Assembly (NCBI GenBank): GCA_964016885.1
Contig: OZ024742.1
Span: 363,072,001 to 363,136,000, forward strand
DNA: 64,000 nt
Direction: 5' to 3'
Origin: Eledone cirrhosa
Lineage: Eukaryota
Below, in pieces: positions 18,001-33,390 of this stretch. The notes under the pieces are model-generated. The model did no database searches. It saw nothing but the letters and a program-made list of their open reading frames with translations, and was not told the DNA's origin. A program made the position numbers and the translations under genes. Position 1 is the stretch's first letter. The number at the start of each line of letters is the position of its first letter.

Positions 18001-21000
18001 ACACCTGCTAACTACACAGACCTGCTAACTACGCAGACCTACTAATTTCACAACCTACTAACTACACATACCTGATAACTACACAGACCTGCTAACTACA
18101 CAGACCTACTAACTACACAGACCTACTAACTACACAGACCTGCTAACTACACAGACCTACTAACTATACAGATCTACTAACTACACAGATCTACTAACTA
18201 CACAGACCTGCTAACTACACATACCTACTAACTACACAGACATGCTAACTACACGTACCTGCTAACTACACAGACCTAGTAATTACACAGACCTAGTAAT
18301 TACACAGACCTGCTAACTACACAAACATGCTAACTATACAGACCTGCTAACTACACAGACCTACTAACTTGACAGACCTACTAACTACACAGACCTGCTA
18401 ACTACACAGATCGGCTAACTACACAGACCTACTAACTACACAGACCAGCTAACTACACAGATCTACGAACTACACAGACCTACTAATTACACAGACTTAC
18501 TAACTACACAGACCTACTAACTACACAGATCTACTAACTACACAGACTTACCAACTAGACACACCTGCTAACTACACAGACGCACTAATTACACAGACAT
18601 GCTAACTACACAGATCTGCTAACTACACAGATCTACGAACTACACAGACCTACTAACTACACAGACCTACTAATTACACAGACCTGCTAACTACACAGAG
18701 CTGCTAACTACACAGACCTGCTAACTACACAGAGCGACAAACTACACAGACCTACTAACTACACAGACCTACTAACTACACACACCTACTAATTACACAG
18801 ACCTGCTAACTACACAGACATACTAACTATACAGACCTACTAACTACAGAGACCTGCTAACTACACATACCTACTAACTACACAGAGCTGCTAACTACAC
18901 AGACCTGATAACTACACATACCTACTAACTACACAGAGCTGCTAACTACACATACCTGCTAACTACGCAGAACTGCTAACTAGCCAGACTTGTAAACTAC
19001 ACAGACCTGATAACTACAGAACCTGCTAACTACACAGACCTACTAACTACACAGACCTACTAACTACACATACCTGCTAACTACACAGACCTGCTAACTA
19101 CACAGACCTGCTAACTACACAGACCGAAAACTACACAGACCTACTAACTACACAGATCTACTAAATACAAAGACGTACTTATTACACAGACCTACTAACT
19201 ACACAGCCCTACTAACTACACAGATATACTTACTACACAGACCTACTAACTACACAGATCTACTAACTAGACACACCTGCTAACTACACAGACCTGCTAA
19301 CTACACAGACATACTAACTAGACAGACCTACTAACTACACAGATCTACTAAATACACAGACTTACTAATTACACAGACATACTAACTACACAACCCTACT
19401 AACTACACAGATCTACTAACTGGAAAAAAGCCTGCTAACTACACAGACCTGCTAACTACACAGACCTGTTAATTACACATACCTGATAACTACACAGTCC
19501 TGCTAACTACACAGTCCTACTAACTACACAGACCTACTAACTACACAGACCTGCTAACTACACAGATCTACTAACTAGACAGACCTACTTACTACACAGA
19601 TCTGGTAACTACACAAACCTGCTAACTACACAGACCTACTAACTACACAGACCTACTAACTCCACAGATCTACTAACTAAACAGACATAGTAACTACACA
19701 GACCTGCTAACTACACAGACCTGCTAACTACACAGACCTGCTAACTACACAGACCTGCTAACTACACAGACCTACTAACTTGACAGACCTACTAACTACA
19801 CAGACCTGCTCACTACACAGACCTGATAACTTCACATACCTGCTAACTACACAGATCGGCTAACTACACAGACCTGCTAACTACACAGACCTGCTAACTA
19901 CACAGACTTACCAACTAGACAGACCTGCTAACTACACAGACCTTCTAACTACACAGACATGTTAACACTGACCTGCTAACTACACATACCTGCTAACTAC
20001 ACAGATCGGCAAACTACACAGACCTACTAACTACACAGATGTACTAACTGGAAAAAAACCTGCTAACTACACAGACCTGCTAACTACACAGACCTGTTAA
20101 TTACACATACCTGATAACTACACAGACCTACTAACTACACAGATCTACTAACTAGACACACCTGCTAACTACACAGACCTGCTAACTACACAGACCTACT
20201 AACTATACAGATCTACTAACTACACAGATCTACTAACTACACAGACCTGCTAACTACACATACCTACTAACTACACAGACATGCTAACTACACAGACCTG
20301 CTAACTACACAGAACTACAAACTACACAGACCTGCTAACTACACAGAACTACAAACTACACAGACCTACTAACTACACAGACCTGCTAACTACACAGATC
20401 GGCTAACTACACAGACCTACTAACTACACAGACCAGCTAACTACACAGATCTACGAACTACACAGACCTACTAATTACACAGACTTACTAACTACACAAA
20501 TCTACTAACTACACAGATCTACTAACTACACAGACTTACCAACTAGACAGACCTGCTAACTACACAGACGCACTAATTACACAGACATGCTAACTACACA
20601 GATCTGCTAACTACACAGATCTACGAACTACACAGACCTACTAACTACACAGACCTACTAATTACACAGACCTGCTAACTACACAGACCTGCTAACTACA
20701 CAGAGCGACAAACTACACAGACCTACTAACTACACAGACCTACTAACTACACACACCTACTAATTACACAGACCTGCTAACTACACAGACATACTAACTA
20801 TACAGACCTACTAACTACAGAGACCTGCTAACTACACATACCTACTAACTACACAGAGCTGCTAACTACACAGACCTGATAACTACACATACCTACTAAC
20901 TACACAGAGCTGCTAACTACACATACCTGCTAACTACGCAGAACTGCTAACTAGCCAGACTTGTAAACTACACAGACATGATAACTACAGAACCTGCTAA

Positions 21001-24000
21001 CTACACAGACCTACTAACTACACAGACCTACTAACTACACATACCTGCTAACTACACAGACCTGCTAACTACACAGACCTGCTAACTACACAGACCGAAA
21101 ACTACAAAGACCTACTAACTACACAGATCTACTAACTACAGAGACCTGCTAACTACACAGATCTACTAACTACACAGACCTGCTAAATACACAGATCTAC
21201 AAACTACACAGACCTACTAACTACACAGGTCTACTAACTACACAGACCTACTTACTACACAGATCTACTAACTAGACAGAACTGCTAACTACAAAGATCT
21301 ATTAACTACACAGACCGACAAACTACACAGACCAATAACTACACAGATCAACTAACTACACAGACCTCCTAACTACACAGACCTGATAACTTCACATACC
21401 TGCTAACTACACAGATCAACTAACTACACAGACCTACTAACTACTCAGATCTCCTAACTACACAGACCTGCTAACTACACAGACCTACTAATTACACAAC
21501 CTACTAACTACACAGACCTACTAAGTACACAGATCTACTAAATACACAGACTTACTAATTACACAGACATACTAACTACACAACCCTACTAACTACACAC
21601 ATATACTTACTACACAGACCTACTAACTACACAGATCTACTAACTGGAAAAAAGCCTGCTAACTACACAGACCTGCTAACTACACAGACCTGTTAATTAC
21701 ACATACCTGATAACTACACATATCTGCTAACTACACAGTCCTACTAACTACACAGACCTACTAACTACACAGACCTGCTAACTACACAGATCTACTAACT
21801 AGACAGACCTACTTACTACACAGATCTGGTAACTACACATACCTCCTAACTACACAGACCTGCTAACTACACAGATCTACTAACTACACAGACCTACTAA
21901 CTACTCAGACGTACTAACAATACAGACCTGCTAACTACACAGACCTAGTAACTACACAGAACTGCTAACTACACAGACCTACTAACTACACAGACCTAGT
22001 AACTACACAGACCTACTAACTACACAGATTTACTAACTAAACAGACATAGTAACTACACAGACCTGCTAACTACACAGACCTGCTAACTACACAGACATA
22101 CTAACTACACAGCCCTACTAACTACACAGACCTGCTAACTACACAGACCTGCTAACTACACAGACCTGATAACTTCACATACCTGCTAACTACACAGATC
22201 GGAAAACTACACAGACCTACTATCTACACAGACCTACTAACTACGCAGACCTTCTAACTACACAGACCTACTAACTACACAGACCTGCTAACTACACAGA
22301 CCTGCTAACTACACAGACCTGCTAACTACACAGACCTACAAACTACACATACCTACTAACTACACAGATCAACTAACTACACAGACCTACTAACTACTCA
22401 AATCTTCTAACTACACAGACCTACTAACTACACAGACCTATTAACTACACAGTCCTGCTAACTACACAGACCTGCTAAATACACAGACCTACAAACTACA
22501 CAGACCTGCTAACTACACAGCCCTACTAATTACACAGACCTACTAACTACACGGACCTGCTAACTACACAGATCTACAAATTACACAGACCTACTAACTA
22601 CACAGCCCTACTAACTACACATATATACTAACTACACATATCTGCTAACTACACAGACCTACTAACTACAAAAACCTACTAACTACACAGACCTGCTAAC
22701 TACACAGATCTACTAAGTACACAGACCTGCTAACTACACAGACCTACTAAGTACACAGATCTATTAACTACACAGACCTATAAAATACACAGACATACTA
22801 ACTACACAGATCTACTAACTACACAGATCTGCTAACTACACAGACCTACTAACTACAGAGACCTGCTAACGACATAGACCTATAAACTTGACAGACCTGC
22901 TAACTACACAGACATGCTAAGTTTACAGATCTACTAACTACACAGACCTACTAACTACAAAGACATACTAACTACAGAGACCTGATAACGACACAGACCT
23001 ACCACCTACACGGATCTACTAACTACACAGACTTGCTAACTACACAGACCTACTAAGTACACAGATCTATTAACTACACAGACCCGCTAACTACACAGAT
23101 CTGCTAACTACACAGACCTGCTAACTACACAGACCTACTAACTACACAGATCTACTAACTACACAGACCTACTAACTACAAAGACATACTAACTACAGAG
23201 ACCTGCTAACGACACAGACCTACTAATTACACGTACCTACTACCTACACAGACCTGAAAACTACACATACCTGCTAACTACACAGACCAACTAATTACAC
23301 AGACCAGCTAACTACATAGATCTACTAACTACAAAGTTCTACTAACTACACAGACCTGCTAACTACACAGACCTGCTAACTACACAGACCTACTAACTAC
23401 ACATACCTACTAACAACACATCCCTACTAACTACACAGACCTACTAACTACATAGACCTGCTATCTACACAGACCTACTAACTACACAGATCTGCTATCC
23501 ACACAGACCTACTAACTACACAGACCAGATAATTACACATGTATTCTAACTACACAGATCTACTAACTACACAGCCCTACTAACTGCACAGACCTGCTAA
23601 GTACACAGACCTGTTAACCCTGACCTGCTAAGTACACAGACCTACTAATTACACAGACCTAGTAACTACACAGATCTACTAACTACACAGACTTACTAAC
23701 TACACAGACCTGCTAACTACACAGACCTGCTAACTACACAGATCTACAAAGTACACATACCTACTAACTACACAGATCTACTAACTACACAGATCTACTA
23801 ACTACACAGACCTGCTAACTACACAGATCTACAAAGTACACAGCCCTACTAACTACACATACCTACTAACTGCACATACCTGCTAACTACACAGACCTGC
23901 TAACTACACAGACCTGCTAACTACACAGACCAACTAACTTGATAGACCTACTAACTACACAGACCTACTAACTACACAGACCTCCTAACTACACAGACCT

Positions 24001-27000
24001 GATAACTTCACATACCTGATAACTACACAGATCTACTAACTACACAGACCTGCTAACTACATAGATCTACAAAGTACACAGATCTACTAACTACACAGAC
24101 CTACTAACTACACATACCTACTAACTACACAGACCTGCTAACTACAGAGACCTGCTAACTACACAGAGCTGCTAAGTACACAGACCTACAAACTAAACAT
24201 ACCTACTAACTACACCGACCTGCTAACTACACAGCCCTACTAAGTACACAGATCTATTAACTACACAGACCTATAAAATACACAGACATACTAACTACAC
24301 AGATCTACTAACTACACAGATCTGCTAACTACACAGACCTACTAACTACAGAGATCTGCTAACGACACAGACCTATAAACTTGACAGACCTGCTAACTAC
24401 ACAGACATGCTAAGTTTACAGATCTACTAACTACACAGACCTACTAACTACAAAGACATACTAACTACAGAGACCTGCTAACGACACAGACCTACTAATT
24501 ACACGTACCTACTACCTACACAGACCTGAAAACTACACAGACCTGCTAACTACACAGACCAACTAATTACACAGACCAGCTAACTACATAGATCTACTAA
24601 CTACACAGATCTACTACCTACACAGACCTACAAACTACACAGACCTGCTAACTACACAGACCTGCTAACTACACAGACCTGCTAACTACATAGACCTGCT
24701 AACTACACAGACATACTAACTACAGATAACTACTAACTGCACGGACCTACTAACTCCACAGACCTGCTAACTACACAGACCTACTAACTACACAGACCTG
24801 CTAACTAAAAAGACCTGCTAACTACACATACCTACTAACTACACAGACCTGCTAACTAAACAGACCCGCTAACTACACAGACCTACTAAATACACAGAGC
24901 TATTATTTACACAGACTTACTTACTACACAGGCCTGCTAACTACACAGACCTACTAATTACACAGACCTACTAACTACACAGCCCTACTAACTACACAAA
25001 CCTGCTAACTACACAGCCCTGCTAACTACACAAACCTGCTAACTACACAGCCCTGCTAACTACACAGACCTGCTAACTACAGAGTACAACAAACTACACA
25101 GACCTACTAACTACTCAGATCTCCTAACTACACAGACCTGCTAAATACACAGACCTGCTAACTACACAGAGCTACTAACTTGACAGACCAACTACCTACA
25201 CAGACCTGCTAACTACACAGACCTAACTACACGGACCTGATAACTTCACATCTCTGCTAACTACACAGACCTACTATCTACACAGACCTGCTAACTACAC
25301 AGACCTTCTAACTACACAGATCTACTAACTACACAGAGCTACTAACTACACAGACCTGCTAACTACACAGACCTCCTAACAACACAGACCTGCTAACTAC
25401 ACAGCCCTTCTAATTACACAGACCTACTAACTACACAGACCTACTAACTACACAGACCTACTAACTACACAGATCTACTAACTACACAGACTTACTAACT
25501 ACACAGGCCTGCTAACTACACAGATGTGCTAACTACACAGACGTGTTAACACTGACCTGCTAAGTACACAGACCTACTAATTATAGATCTACTAACTACA
25601 CAGATCTGCTAACTACACAAACCTGCTAACTACACAGACGTGTTAACACTAACCTGCTAACTACACAGACCTACTAATTACACAGACCTACTAACTACAC
25701 AGACCTACTAACTTGACAGACCTACTAACTACACAGATCTACTAACTACACAGACCTACTAACTACACAGACCGGATAATTACACGTACCTACTACCTAC
25801 ACAGATCTGCTAACTATACAGACCTACAAACTACAGATAACTACTAACTACACAGATCTACTAACTACACAGACCTACTAACTACAGATAACTACTAACT
25901 ACACAGACCTACTAACTACACAGATCTACTAACTACAGATAACTACTAACTACACAGACCTACTAACTACACAGACCTACTAATTACAGAGAACTGCTAA
26001 CTACACAGACCTACTAATTACACAGACCTACTAACTAAACAGCCCTACTAACTACACATATATACTAACTACACAGACTTGCTAACTACACAGACCTGTT
26101 AACTACACATACCTGCTAACTACACAGACCTGCTAACTACACGGACCTACTAACTACACAAACCTACTAACTACACAGACCAGCTAATTACACAGACCTG
26201 ATAACTTCACAGACCTACTAACTACACAAATCTGCTAACTATACATACCTGCTAATTACACAGACCTGATAACTTCACATACCTGCTAACTACACAGACC
26301 TGCTAACAAAACAGACCTACTAACTACACAGAACTATAAACTACACATAACTAACTAACTACAAAGACCTACTAACTACACATATCTACTAACTACACAG
26401 TCCTACTAACTACACAAACCTGCTACGTTTACAGACCTACTAACTACACAGACCTGCTAACTACACAGACCTACTAAGTACACAGATCTGCTAACTACAC
26501 AGACCTACTAACTACACAAACCTGCTACGTTTACAGACCTACTAACTACACAGACCTGCTCACTACACGGACCTACTAACTACACAGACCTGCTACGTTT
26601 ACAGACCTACTAACTACAAAGACATACTGACTAGAGAGACCTGCTAACTCCACAGACCTACTAACTACACATACCTACTAACTACAAAGTTCTACTAACT
26701 ACACAGACCTGCTAACTACACAGACCTGCTAACTACACAGACCTACTAACTACACATACCTACTAACAACACATCCCTACTAACTACACAGACCTACTAA
26801 CTACATAGACCTGCTATCTACACAGACCTACTAACTACACAGATCTGCTAACCACACAGACCTACTAACTACACAGACCAGATAATTACACATGTATTCT
26901 AACTACACAGACCTACTAACTACACAGCCCTACTAACTGCACAGACCTGCTAAGTACACAGACCTGTTAACCCTGACCTGCTAAGTACACAGACCTACTA

Positions 27001-30000
27001 ATTACACAGACCTAGTAACTACACAGATCTACTAACTACACAGACTTACTAACTACACAGACCTGCTAACTACACAGACCTGCTAACTACACAGATCTAC
27101 AAAGTACACATACCTACTAACTACACAGATCTACTAACTACACAGATCTACTAACTACACAGACCTGCTAACTACACAGATCTACAAAGTACACAGCCCT
27201 ACTAACTACACATACCTACTAACTGCACAGACCTGCTAACTACACAGACCTGCTAACTACACAGACCTGCTAACTACACAGACCAACTAACTTGATAGAC
27301 CTACTAACTACACAGACCTGCTAACTACACCGACCTCCTAACTACACAGACCTGATAACTTCACATACCTGATAACTACACAGATCTACTAACTACACAG
27401 ACCTGCTAACTACATAGATCTACAAAGTACACAGATCTACTAACTACACAGACCTACTAACTACACATACCCACTAACTACACAGACCTGCTAACTACAG
27501 AGACCTGCTAACTACACAGAGCTGCTAAGTACACAGACCTACAAACTAAACATACCTACTAACTACACCGACCTGCTAACTACACAGCCCTACTAATTAC
27601 ACAGACCTACTAACTACACAGACCTGCTAACTACACAGCCCTACTAATTACACAGACCTACTAACTACACATACCTACTAACTACACAGATCTACTAACT
27701 ACACAGACCTACTAACTACACAGACCTGCTAACTACACAGACGTGTTAACACTGACCTGCTAAATACACAGACTTACTAAGTACACAGACCTACTAACTA
27801 CACAGCCCTACTAACTACACATATATACTAACTACACAGACCTACTAACTACACAGATCTACTAACTACACTTACCTGCTAAATTACACAGACTTGCTAA
27901 CTAAACATACCTGCTAACTACACAGACCTGCTAACTACACAGACCTACTAACTACACATATCTACTAACTACACTTATCTACTAACTATACAGACCAGCT
28001 AACTACACGTACCTACTAACTACACAGAATTACTAACTACACAGACCTGATAACTACACAGACCTGCTAACTACACAGCCCTACTAATTACACAGACCTA
28101 CTAACTACACATACCTACTAACTACACAGACCTACTAACTACACAGACCTGCTAACTACACAGACGTGTTAACACTGACCTGCTAAATACACAGACCTAC
28201 TAACTACACAGACCTACTAACTACACAGATCTACTAACTACACATACCTGCTAACTACACAAACCTGCTAAGTACACAGACCTGCTAACTACACATAACT
28301 ACTAACTACACAGACCTGATAACTACACAGACCTGCTAACTACACAAACCTACAAACTACACAGCCCTGCTAACTACACAGACCTACTAACTATACAGTT
28401 CTACTAACTACACAGACCTGCTAACTACACAGACCTTCTTACTACACAGACCTACTAACTACATAGACCTACTAACTACACAGACCTACTAACTACACAG
28501 ACCTGCTAACTACACAGACCTACTAACTACACATACCTACTAACTACACAGACCTACTAACTACACAGACCTACTAACTACACAGACGTGTTAACACTGA
28601 CCTGCTAAATACACAACCTACTAATTACACAGACCTACTAACTACACAGCCCTACTAACTACACATATATACTAACTACACAGACCTACTAACTACACAG
28701 ATCTACTAACTACACATACCTGCTAACTACACAAACCTGCTAAGTACACAGACCTGCTAACTACACTTATCTACTAACTATACAGACCAGCTAACTACAC
28801 GTACCTACTAACTACACAGAATTACTAACTACACAGACCTGATAACTACACAGACCTGCTAACTACACAAACCTACAAACTACACAGCCCTGCTAACTAC
28901 ACAGACCTACTAACTACACAGACCTGCTAACTACACAGACCTGCTAACTACACAGACCTACTAACTTCACAGATCTACTAACTACACAGACTTACTAACT
29001 ACCCATACCTGCTAACTACACAGACCTACTAACTACACTGGCCTGCTAACAACACAGACCTGCTAACTACACAGACCTGCTAACTACACAGACCTGCTAA
29101 CTACACAGACCTGCTAACTACACAGAGCTGCTAACTACACAGACCTACTAACTACACAGACCTGCTAACTACACAGACCTACTAACTACACAGACCTACT
29201 AACTACACAGACCTGCTAACTACACATACCTGCTAACTACACAGAGCTGCTAACTACACAGACCTACTAACTACACTGACCTGCTAACTACACAGACCTG
29301 CTATCTACACAGACCTACTAACTACACAGACCTGTTAACTACACAGACCTGCTAACTACACAGAGCTGCTAACTACACAGACCTACTAACTACACAGACC
29401 TGCTAACTACACAGACCTGCTAACTACACAGACCTACTAACTACAAAGACCTACTAACTACACAGACCTACTAACTACACAGACCTGCTAACTACACAGA
29501 CCTACTAACTACAAAGACCTACTAACTACACAGACCTACTAACTACACAGACCTGCTATCTACACATACCTACTAACTACAAATAACTGCTAAATACACA
29601 GACCTACTAAGTACATAGACCTGCTAACTACTCAGACCTACTAAATACACAGACCTACTAACTACACAGACCTGTTAACTACATAGACCTACTAACTACT
29701 CAGACCTACTAACTACACACACCTGCTAACTACACATGCCTACTAACTACACAGACATGCTAACTACACATGTCTACTAACTACACAGACCTGCTAACTA
29801 TACAAGTCTACTAACTACACAGACCTGCTAACTAGACAGACCTACTAACTGAACAGACCTGCTAACTACACAGACCTACTAACTACACAGACCTACTAAC
29901 TACACAGTCCTACTAACTACACAGATGTACTAACTACACAGACCTGCTCTCTCCACATACCTGCTAACTACAGAGACCTGGTAACTATACAGACCTGCTA

Positions 30001-30075
30001 ACTACACAGACCTGCTAACTACACAGACCTGATAACTACACAGACCTACTAACTACACAGACCTGCTAACTACTC
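1..30075. repeat. 17-bp tandem satellite, consensus GACCT(A/G)CTAACTACACA, about 1770 copies, running off the window start
   Basis: Period read directly (e.g. GACCTACTAACTACACA at 21-37). TAA on + and TAG on - recur in all frames, so it is non-coding. The array ends abruptly at ...CTAACTACTCT AAATAG (~30075). Confidence 0.98.
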
Positions 30076-30289
30076 TAAATAGAAACGAGTTTATGTCGTC
30101 ACGTTTCAACCACTAATGATTACAACCATCCATCAAAGAACACTTCGTATAAATAAATATATATCTATATATATATCTATCTATCTATATATATATATAC
30201 AGTTGATGACAGTTAATGTGTGATGCTGAAAGCGTCCGTATGCAGTAGGCCGTTAGAGCACTCGATGCTCTTACAGAGCAGAGTATAAT

Positions 30290-30540
30290 GTCACGTAAGA
30301 CACGGAGAATCAGTGGTGCGACGAATTAAAATTTATTAGACATATTACAATCGTTTCTCTGGCGACCACCTAGAGGCACCATCGATACGATAATCGACCG
30401 TAGCCCTGAAATCGCAAGATCCTTAGATACGTCATGATCATCGCATCGATCGTGCCTTGAGCTGGTCGCCAGAGACACGATTGTAATATGTCTAATAAAT
30501 TTTAATTCGTCGCACCAATGATTGCCTGTTTCTTTTGTGA
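30290..30540. repeat. Foldback inverted repeat with ~100-bp arms, next to (TA)n
   Basis: TGGTGCGACGAATTAAAATTTATTAGACATATTACAATCG (~30314-30353) is mirrored by CGATTGTAATATGTCTAATAAATTTTAATTCGTCGCACCA (~30478-30517). Looser pairing extends both ways. Confidence 0.85.
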
Positions 30541-30579
30541 TATATATATATATATATATATATATAGATAGATAGATAT

Positions 30580-31253
30580 CAGTGATCTTCCAACCATCAT
30601 CACTTTATTCATATGTAACCCATTTGCAACTCCGCAGCACGTTTATTCTCATATTTACACATATTTTTTCTCCCGTTGTGACCCGTCTATTTCGTTCTTA
30701 CTGCTTCCTCTTTCTCTGTATCTTTACGCTCTCTAACAGTCACTCTCTCTGTTAGCCTCTTTCTCACCCTTCACTCACTCACTCTCTGTTACTACTTCTT
30801 CTCCTCCTCCTCCTTCTTCCCGTTTTACCTGTGCGTAATTCTTTTCTTTCGCACCCTTGGTCAGGAAGGTCGCTTTTTTTCTCTCTCTCTCTCTCGTCTA
30901 CGATTTCACAAAACTTATGTTTACCGAATTCACAGACTAGACCCCTTCTTCCTCCCGTTAGACCTGTGCGAAATTCCTTCCTTGCTCACATTTCAACCAG
31001 GTTTGATGGTCTTTATTCTCTCTCGTTCACGATTTCACCGAACTTATATTCATAGAAATTTTTGGACTTGACTCGCTCTTCCTCACATTTCGTTGCTTCA
31101 CCATCTTTGTTTGTTTACACTCTCGCTGTTCCCTTTATTTACATGTCCCAACGACTTTCTTTAGCCGCTGCTCGCACCAACCGGAGGTATATGGTCTTTA
31201 AAGCGAAGAAATACCGATGATGGTTGGAAGATCAATGATGAAGGACCACTTTA

Positions 31254-31260
<7 letters not shown>
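30580..31260. mobile_element. Probable PLE pseudo-LTR fragment with a short terminal inversion and a direct repeat
   Basis: TGATCTTCCAACCATCATC (30583) is the reverse complement of GATGATGGTTGGAAGATCA (~31216). CACTTTATTCATAT occurs at both ends. The 3' end is paralogous to 33713-33775. Both ends adjoin (TA)n. Confidence 0.5.
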
Positions 31261-31340
<80 letters not shown>

Positions 31341-31513
31341 TAAAATAACAGATTAAAGTTTAAGCAAAGAACCGCTGCTTTCACCCTTAACGGGATCTTC
31401 TGAAACTATTAAAGTCAATCTGTGAACCCAGAATTGAATATTTCAAAAAAACGTTGCAACCGGAGGAAGACAGGAAGACGATACTTTGGTTCGTGGAAAC
31501 GTTCCTTGGCAAA

Positions 31514-31765
31514 GAACGGGAAAAAACGAAGATAATACGTCATTATTTGGAGCGGTGGAAAACAATTACACGCAAAGACAAAACCACATTTATGGTATAA
31601 AAGATGTCGTAGACAAATATTCTATTAGGTGGTTCATAGAGCTGTTCTCAGGCAATGAACGGAAAAAACGAAGATAATACGTCATATGTGGAGCGAGGAG
31701 AACATTTGCACGCAAAGACAAAACAACGTAAATGGTATAACTGAAGTCGTAGACTAAAATTCTAA
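31514..31765. repeat. Imperfect ~143-bp tandem duplication downstream of the PLE ORF
   Basis: GAAAAAACGAAGATAATACGTCAT...CACGCAAAGACAAAAC...GTCGTAGAC appears twice. Confidence 0.75.
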
Positions 31766-32042
31766 CTCGGAAACCGAATGATTCTCCGCTTCAGAGTTAA
31801 GAATAAAGTAAATAAAATACAGAGGTAATTGAAATTAAATAAATACCTACACGCATCCATATACGTATATACACAAGCATACGCGAAAACACTCGCCATA
31901 GGTATACAAATACACGCACGTACACAAAAAACAAACAAAAAAAATCAACCCCCACGCACATACAGAACCCACTCAACGCTTGTACCCGCACGCATACGAA
32001 AGTATACACCAAATACACACAAATATATATATAAATATATTA

Positions 32043-32074
<32 letters not shown>

Positions 32075-32458
32075 ATGTGTATACATGTAATTAAATAAAC
32101 GTATATAAATACGTATATAACAAGCGCACACACATACCTACAAGTAAATACACATATGTTCGGAGACGTACGTCAACCAAAACACGAAGTACACATATAC
32201 ACACACCCTACATACGTACAAACCCGCATACTCACACAGACGCAAAACTCACGTATACACATAACGAAAAGCATATGTACCAGAATATATAATATATACG
32301 CCATAACACATGCAATCAAATATACGTATGAGGAAGTATACGTACTTTTATAAAACATACAGGTAATATATACTTACCTATACAAATAAGTAATGGTATA
32401 AACATAACATATAATTAGCTACCACATCAAGACGTAAAATATTCGCGTATAGTTCGTA

Positions 32459-33250
32459 CTATCCGTTAGGGTATAATGTGGGGCTGTAATACAGGAAAGT
32501 TTTGTGCAATTTATGTTTACAAGCCGAAATTGCCTCAGATTTTTTGTTTAAGATGTGGTCTTTGGCGTAGAGTATTTCCAGAGCCTCAGCGGCGCAGAGG
32601 TCACATGGTCTTTTATTTCCGTTATAAGATCTAGCCCTAGCAAGGATCTCTCAGTGTAACTTAAATTGGGTATGGTTGTCTTTTAGACTCCAGATATAAG
32701 CTGAAAGTGACGTCATATTCCTTCTTAAAGGGTAACGAAAAGAATGGGTATGCATGTAAAGATGCTGCTTGAATCTATTGGCGGTTAAACCTATGTAGGC
32801 CCTACGGGACGTGGGTGTTTCAACCTTACATTTGTAGACAATGTAACACTAGAGAGGCATTTCCCGGATAGAGGGCAGTCAACCCGATTCCTACAATTAC
32901 AGTTAGTATTAACTACAGGGTTGCACGTGTTCCTACGGCTAGGTAGTTTAGATAAATTTGAAGCTGTGATGTTATGTGCAAGGTTAGGTGTCATAGAGTA
33001 AGAAATTTTAATAGTATTTCTATTAAAAACTTACTATATTTATGTGTAGGGGGGAATGCACCATAATAAGGGAGAAAAAGATCTTAGCTAATGGTGTGGC
33101 CACCTCCATATTATATGGTGGGTTATACCATATAATGCGTCGGGATCTATTTCTTCTAGGTCTATTCTCGTACTCTGTATATGCTACCTTATTGACAAAT
33201 CCACTCCGAGATAGATCTTCATTGTAATATGTGGAATGATCGTTGATTTG
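32459..33250 (-). pseudogene. Penelope-like retroelement C-terminus (linker plus GIY-YIG endonuclease), Naiad-like, with frameshifts and a nonsense codon
   Basis: Joined minus-strand frames read RRIIWYNPPY...NRNTIKISYSMTPNL...CNCRNRVDCPLSGKCL...YIGLTANRFKQHLYMHTHSF...TSLSAYIWSLK...KLH*EIL...CDLCAAE...LNKKSEAISACKH. The CxCx5C linker is what I recall for Naiad-clade PLEs. Confidence 0.88.
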
Positions 33251-33320
33251 CTCTACGGTTAATATATATTTATCCTTATCGAGCCCTCTTTGGATTTTAG
33301 TCTTCAAACTTATTATTACT

Positions 33321-33390
<70 letters not shown>

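Noticed and set aside
1-30075. Repetitive protein gene or CRISPR array
   Set aside because: Stop codons occur in all six frames, there are no unique spacers or cas genes, and the context is eukaryotic.
31368-31405. Minus-strand CAGAAGA-TCCCGTTAAGGGT-GAAAG as a hammerhead
   Set aside because: The core is mutated and there is no convincing stem I or cleavage triplet.
32651-32653. In-frame TGA in the Naiad-like endonuclease as selenocysteine
   Set aside because: It aligns with a conserved Trp (KLSW in the paralogue), so it is a TGG>TGA nonsense change. The Cys codons are normal and the copy is frameshifted.
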